A DNA stretch of 26,563 bases from positions 1-26,563 of the IMG/VR virus record IMGVR_UViG_3300030372_002303; one strand, 5' to 3'. Shown here one piece after another: positions 23,162-26,563 of the stretch. The translations under genes and the position numbers were made by a program. Each line of letters begins with the position of its first letter. Within the stretch, counting starts at the first letter, position 1. This stretch comes from a virus (lineage: Duplodnaviria; Caudoviricetes). The notes beneath the pieces were generated by a model. That model was not told the origin of the DNA and searched no databases. It saw nothing but the letters and a program-made list of their open reading frames with translations.

Positions 23162-23492
23162 TATTATAAAAAAGATTGAAAAAGAATATCCTTTAATGAC
23201 TAAAAGATTTAAAGAGATACAACGAGAGCAGTACGAGTTATTCTGTCATAAGCAGCATGATTATGGTTCACAGAATATATCGGTTGGTACAAGATTAGAA
23301 ACGGAAGAGGAAGTACAGCTATCTCTTTATGGTCTATGGTTTAGAATGCACGATAAGATACAAAGAGCAAAGAATTTAATTATGCGTAAAGCAAGTGCGG
23401 TAGATGGTGAGCCACTAGAGGATTCATTTCTTGATCTATCTAATTATGGAATAATGAGCGTGTTGGTGAGCTTGAAGATCTGGGGTAAATAA
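23151..23492 (+). CDS. Nucleotide modification associated domain 1 (DUF1599-like) protein
   Basis: KQHDYG..NI, RMHDKIQR and EPLEDSFLDLSNYGIM. Confidence 0.8.
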   Translation: MADDIIKKIEKEYPLMTKRFKEIQREQYELFCHKQHDYGSQNISVGTRLETEEEVQLSLYGLWFRMHDKIQRAKNLIMRKASAVDGEPLEDSFLDLSNYGIMSVLVSLKIWGK

Positions 23493-23896
23493 TGTGGAAA
23501 CCCTTTAGAGTCTCTTTACACAAGCCATTTGTAGGACTATATGCTTTATACGATGAAAAAGGTCTTATATATATAGGGCATTCTACGGATGTACCCAGAA
23601 GAGTTTGTCGCCATGATAAAAAACACAAGACTGCTAAGTATCGTAAGATGAATAGTTTAACGGAAGCAAGAAACTTAGAAGAAAGATTAATCAGAAGATT
23701 AAAGCCATCGCTAAACAAAGATTTTACAAGAGCGGAAATAGAGACTAAGACATTTTCATGTGCCTTAGAGTTGGATGTGTGGAAAGCAATAAAGATCAAA
23801 CATGCGGTAAAAGATGTGCCTGTGTCTGATATAGTTAATGAAGCATTACGAGAACAACTTGAAAGGTGGGTCGAAATTGGTAACGAAGCAGGGTAG
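23492..23896 (+). CDS. GIY-YIG nuclease domain fused to a ribbon-helix-helix-like C-terminus
   Basis: GLY...IYIGHS....RR...H...LE..LI....P.LN, followed by TFSCALELDVWKAIK..HAVKDVPVSDIVNEAL. Confidence 0.65.
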   Translation: MWKPFRVSLHKPFVGLYALYDEKGLIYIGHSTDVPRRVCRHDKKHKTAKYRKMNSLTEARNLEERLIRRLKPSLNKDFTRAEIETKTFSCALELDVWKAIKIKHAVKDVPVSDIVNEALREQLERWVEIGNEAG

Positions 23897-24035
23897 TTAT
23901 TACCAGGTGGTAGAGGTTTATAAGAATTTAATTAGAAAAAGAACACAAGAAGGAAAGGATAGCACAGCGTTGAAGAAACGACTGCTTGCTATAATGGTGA
24001 AAAATGGCAAAGACGAAAGCGCATACAGCTTATAA
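23877..24035 (+). CDS. Hypothetical protein
   Basis: Probable TTG start at 23877 after AGGTGG. Bridges the two flanking genes. Confidence 0.5.
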   Translation: MVTKQGSYYQVVEVYKNLIRKRTQEGKDSTALKKRLLAIMVKNGKDESAYSL

Positions 24036-24651
24036 GCTAAAAGACGGAACAAGGGTTAAAGGTGTTACAACCATTCTTAATAACCTGGGTTGGAATAAGA
24101 ACATATTGGTCGCCTGGGCCAGAAGGACTGCATTGGCTGGTGATGACCCAGATGCGGTATTGAAGGAAGCTGGTGCGATCGGTACATTGGCTCACTATCT
24201 ATGTGAGTGTGATATAAAAGGCGAGAAAGCTGATATGACTGATTATTCAGCAGAGCAGATAGAGAAAGCCGAGAATGCTTTTTTAGGATACCTAGAGTGG
24301 AAGAAGATGACTAAGCCTAAGTACGAAGCGATTGAATTAAAGATGGTATCAGAAAAATATAAGGTAGGTGGTACTGCTGATTTTATTGCAAGGATCAATG
24401 GGTCTTTGGTGCTGGGTGATTTTAAAACGAGCAAGGGTATTTACCCAGAAATGACCTGTCAATTGGCAGCTTATCGAAAAATGTATTTAGAGATTCAGCC
24501 AAAGGCGAAGATAGAATCAGCGATGATTTTAAAGCTAGATAAGAATAGCGGAAATTTCTCGCATCATTTTGTGGGGAAGTCTCAGTTGGACTGGGGATGG
24601 AATGTGTTTAAAGCTTGCATGGAATTAGAGAAGTTGCACAAGGAGATATGA
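24004..24651 (+). CDS. PD-(D/E)XK exonuclease (Cas4/RecB-like phage exonuclease)
   Basis: GVTTIL, GTLAH, E, GGTAD, DFKTS and QLAAY motifs. Confidence 0.85.
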   Translation: MAKTKAHTAYKLKDGTRVKGVTTILNNLGWNKNILVAWARRTALAGDDPDAVLKEAGAIGTLAHYLCECDIKGEKADMTDYSAEQIEKAENAFLGYLEWKKMTKPKYEAIELKMVSEKYKVGGTADFIARINGSLVLGDFKTSKGIYPEMTCQLAAYRKMYLEIQPKAKIESAMILKLDKNSGNFSHHFVGKSQLDWGWNVFKACMELEKLHKEI

Positions 24652-24812
24652 TGAATTGCTGGTTTTGTCAGGGTGAAATGATCTGGGGCGCAGACTTTAG
24701 TTACGAGGATTATTGTCTTGAAGGTGATGGTATCGTTGCAACGTTTACATGCAGTGAGTGCGAAGCTTTCGCAGAATTTTATACAAAACCAGAGGAAGAA
24801 GATGAAAACTGA
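24648..24812 (+). CDS. Small zinc-ribbon protein
   Basis: AAGGAG SD. NCWFC...IWG.D...CSEC. Confidence 0.7.
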   Translation: MMNCWFCQGEMIWGADFSYEDYCLEGDGIVATFTCSECEAFAEFYTKPEEEDEN

Positions 24813-25590
24813 TAATGGCTATGTGTATTTTATAGCTGAAGCACTTCCGTATCATGGAAGAATGGATGTACCTGGTCAATATCGTACAAAAAATGGTCAG
24901 TTTCGTGTAGAATATATTAAGATTGGATGGACAACAAAAGAACCTAAAGAAAGGTTGTCTGGACTTCAGACAGCAAATCCAAGAGAGCTTTTTGTTCTGG
25001 GAAGTATTTTTACTAGTAGTGAGGCTGAGAAAATGATACATAGCACACTTGCTAATGGTAGGGTAAGGGGTGAATGGTTTGATTTCAAAACTATTGGTGG
25101 ATGCCTTGCGATGTGGATGCCAATTTTTGATTATTATGACTTTGATCGTAATGTGTTAAATTTGTCAAGATATCAACTTAAAGTTAGGGCGAAACAAGAA
25201 AAAACATATTTTGAAATACCTGACTCATTTAATGAAATTATACAGTATTTCCCAAACTATATACACAATGAATCTTTTACTAGCGGTCTTTTAAAACCAA
25301 CGACTGCAAACAAAATGCACTTTGATATAATTAACAATATAATTAACGAGGGCGATTTGTATTATAAGATTCAAGATGGCGCTGGCTGGGATCAAGTAAC
25401 AAAGATTTCTGAATCTACACTTTCAATGTTTTTTAAGCTAATAGAAAAATTTAACCTTAAAGAGGTTATGAAGATTTTATCAGATAGAAATAAGAGTTAT
25501 TTGTCTATTGGGTCACAAAAAGATTCGTCTTTATATGAACAGTTTGGACACATATTTAAGGATGGTCAGTTTTCTAAGGAGATACAATGA
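24802..25590 (+). CDS. T5orf172/MUG113-type GIY-YIG domain protein with unknown C-terminus
   Basis: ATG 24802 after GAGGA. YVYFI...IKIGWT...ERLSGLQTANP...E..IH...RGEWF. Confidence 0.75.
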   Translation: MKTDNGYVYFIAEALPYHGRMDVPGQYRTKNGQFRVEYIKIGWTTKEPKERLSGLQTANPRELFVLGSIFTSSEAEKMIHSTLANGRVRGEWFDFKTIGGCLAMWMPIFDYYDFDRNVLNLSRYQLKVRAKQEKTYFEIPDSFNEIIQYFPNYIHNESFTSGLLKPTTANKMHFDIINNIINEGDLYYKIQDGAGWDQVTKISESTLSMFFKLIEKFNLKEVMKILSDRNKSYLSIGSQKDSSLYEQFGHIFKDGQFSKEIQ

Positions 25591-25721
25591 TTGATATAAT
25601 AGTAAAAGTAGCTGGTTCGGTTTTTTGTTTAGGTGTGGGTGTAGCATTATTGGCTTTTGGTCTAATAATGTTAAGCGCATTCTTTGTAGAGATATATGGT
25701 AGAGTATTTCGTGCCAAATAA
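25587..25721 (+). CDS. 44-aa TM microprotein (not in ORF track)
   Basis: AAGGAG SD. MIDIIVKVAGSVFCLGVGVALLAFGLIMLSAFFVEIYGRVFRAK*. Confidence 0.65.
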   Translation: MIDIIVKVAGSVFCLGVGVALLAFGLIMLSAFFVEIYGRVFRAK

Positions 25722-25827
25722 AGCTGCAAAAGTTCGTAAGAGACAGAAGATGTTAAAGCGAAAAGCGATCGCTGAATATAAAGCTAAGAAACGTAGGGAA
25801 AGAAAAGATGCCAGAAAAGAAAGTTAA
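25711..25827 (+). CDS. 38-aa very basic microprotein (not in ORF track)
   Basis: GTG start. MPNKAAKVRKRQKMLKRKAIAEYKAKKRRERKDARKES*. Overlaps both neighbours. Confidence 0.55.
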   Translation: MPNKAAKVRKRQKMLKRKAIAEYKAKKRRERKDARKES

Positions 25828-25990
25828 AGATTACTGGGATGAGGATTGGCGAGACTGGAAGAATGGCTGGCCTTATACTGGTGATATAAATAATAAGAAG
25901 TATTTAGCTGATAGAGATAAGCTATTTAAAGAAGGTGGTAATGGCTGGTGGTATTTTGCTGGGTATCAGATACGAAATAAGAATAAATGA
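25808..25990 (+). CDS. Trp-rich hypothetical protein
   Basis: 60-aa ORF with ATGA overlap to the primase. Confidence 0.6.
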   Translation: MPEKKVKDYWDEDWRDWKNGWPYTGDINNKKYLADRDKLFKEGGNGWWYFAGYQIRNKNK

Positions 25991-26563
25991 CCGATCTTTT
26001 CTTAAAGCATGTAGAAAGAATTAAGGAAACCAGCTCTGGTCAGTTCTTAGGATTGTGTCCATTCCACGATGATCGGAAGCCAAGCTTTAGTTTTAACGAA
26101 GAAGGTGCTTTTTACTGTCATGCGTGTGAAATTAAGGGAAATGCAGTAAAATTTGCAGAGTTGGTCGGAGAAAGTACCTCTAATTTGCCTAAGATGGTCG
26201 TTTCTAAGAAGAAGGTTAAGTCATGGTCGATGCCAGATGTTCTCGATGAGAGCAAACAGGAGATGGTCTTTAGTGCAAATGATGCTTTATTAAAGAATTT
26301 TGAGCGATTTACAGAAGGATTACCCTGGAATCGTGAGATTGTTAAGAAATTGTTTGTTGGTTGGGATAATGGATTCGTTTTTCCTTACTTGAATGGCGAT
26401 GGCCAGCTTGTGAATATAAAATGGCATAAGAAGAAGCAAGTTAAGGGTCACGCAGCTACGTTTGTTTTTCCATTTTGGCACATGATGGTAAAATATGACC
26501 CAAGTAGGACATTATATGTGGTGGAAGGTGAAAAAGATTGTATTTCTATGATCAGCAGTGGTA
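25987..26563 (+). CDS. DNA primase (CHC2 zinc finger plus TOPRIM), 3'-truncated
   Basis: GLCPFHDDRKPSFS...YCHAC zinc finger, FPY....VNIKW and LYVVEGEKDCIS. Frame is open to the window end. Confidence 0.88.
   Translation, partial: MTDLFLKHVERIKETSSGQFLGLCPFHDDRKPSFSFNEEGAFYCHACEIKGNAVKFAELVGESTSNLPKMVVSKKKVKSWSMPDVLDESKQEMVFSANDALLKNFERFTEGLPWNREIVKKLFVGWDNGFVFPYLNGDGQLVNIKWHKKKQVKGHAATFVFPFWHMMVKYDPSRTLYVVEGEKDCISMISSG

Noticed and set aside
24004-24651. Cas4-like nuclease as evidence of a CRISPR system
   Set aside because: No repeat-spacer array or other cas genes are visible, and the Cas4 C-terminal Fe-S cysteine cluster is absent. It is a standard phage exonuclease.
22123-25041. Minus-strand ORFs in the replication arm (22123-22464, 23440-23799, 24243-24434, 24745-25041)
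   Set aside because: They lie antisense to motif-bearing plus-strand genes and have no recognisable features.
1-26563. Alternative genetic code, tRNA genes, rRNA or IS elements
   Set aside because: TAA, TAG and TGA all end well-packed genes under code 11. No cloverleaf with a T-loop and no transposase were recognised.

Overview
The window is an AT-rich segment of a temperate, long-tailed (siphovirus-like) dsDNA phage genome, of the kind typical of uncultured marine phages. Almost all genes are on the + strand. The order is: head module (morphogenesis proteins, scaffold, major capsid), Zn-ribbon, a 1534-aa fibre with an S74 chaperone, a dense cluster of small membrane/exported proteins ending in an endolysin, neck/tail-completion genes, tail tube, tail assembly chaperones (with a -1 frameshift ORF missing from the ORF track), tape measure, hub, Dit-like protein, a tyrosine integrase on the - strand, and a divergent early/replication arm (HTH, SSB, Holliday junction resolvase, Nmad1/DUF1599, GIY-YIG proteins, PD-(D/E)XK exonuclease, truncated primase). 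The best leads are: (i) an 18-bp G-U-rich RNA hairpin in the early arm whose loop is 11/12 complementary to the integrase ribosome-binding region, in a lysogeny switch with no visible cI gene; (ii) a six-gene envelope cassette containing a cysteine-free exported thioredoxin fold and a lipoprotein; (iii) three paralogous gene pairs, including a duplicated tail-terminator-like gene with a repeat insertion; (iv) a second candidate -1 frameshift and a GIY-YIG/RHH fusion. All family calls come from motif recognition by eye; no searches were run.
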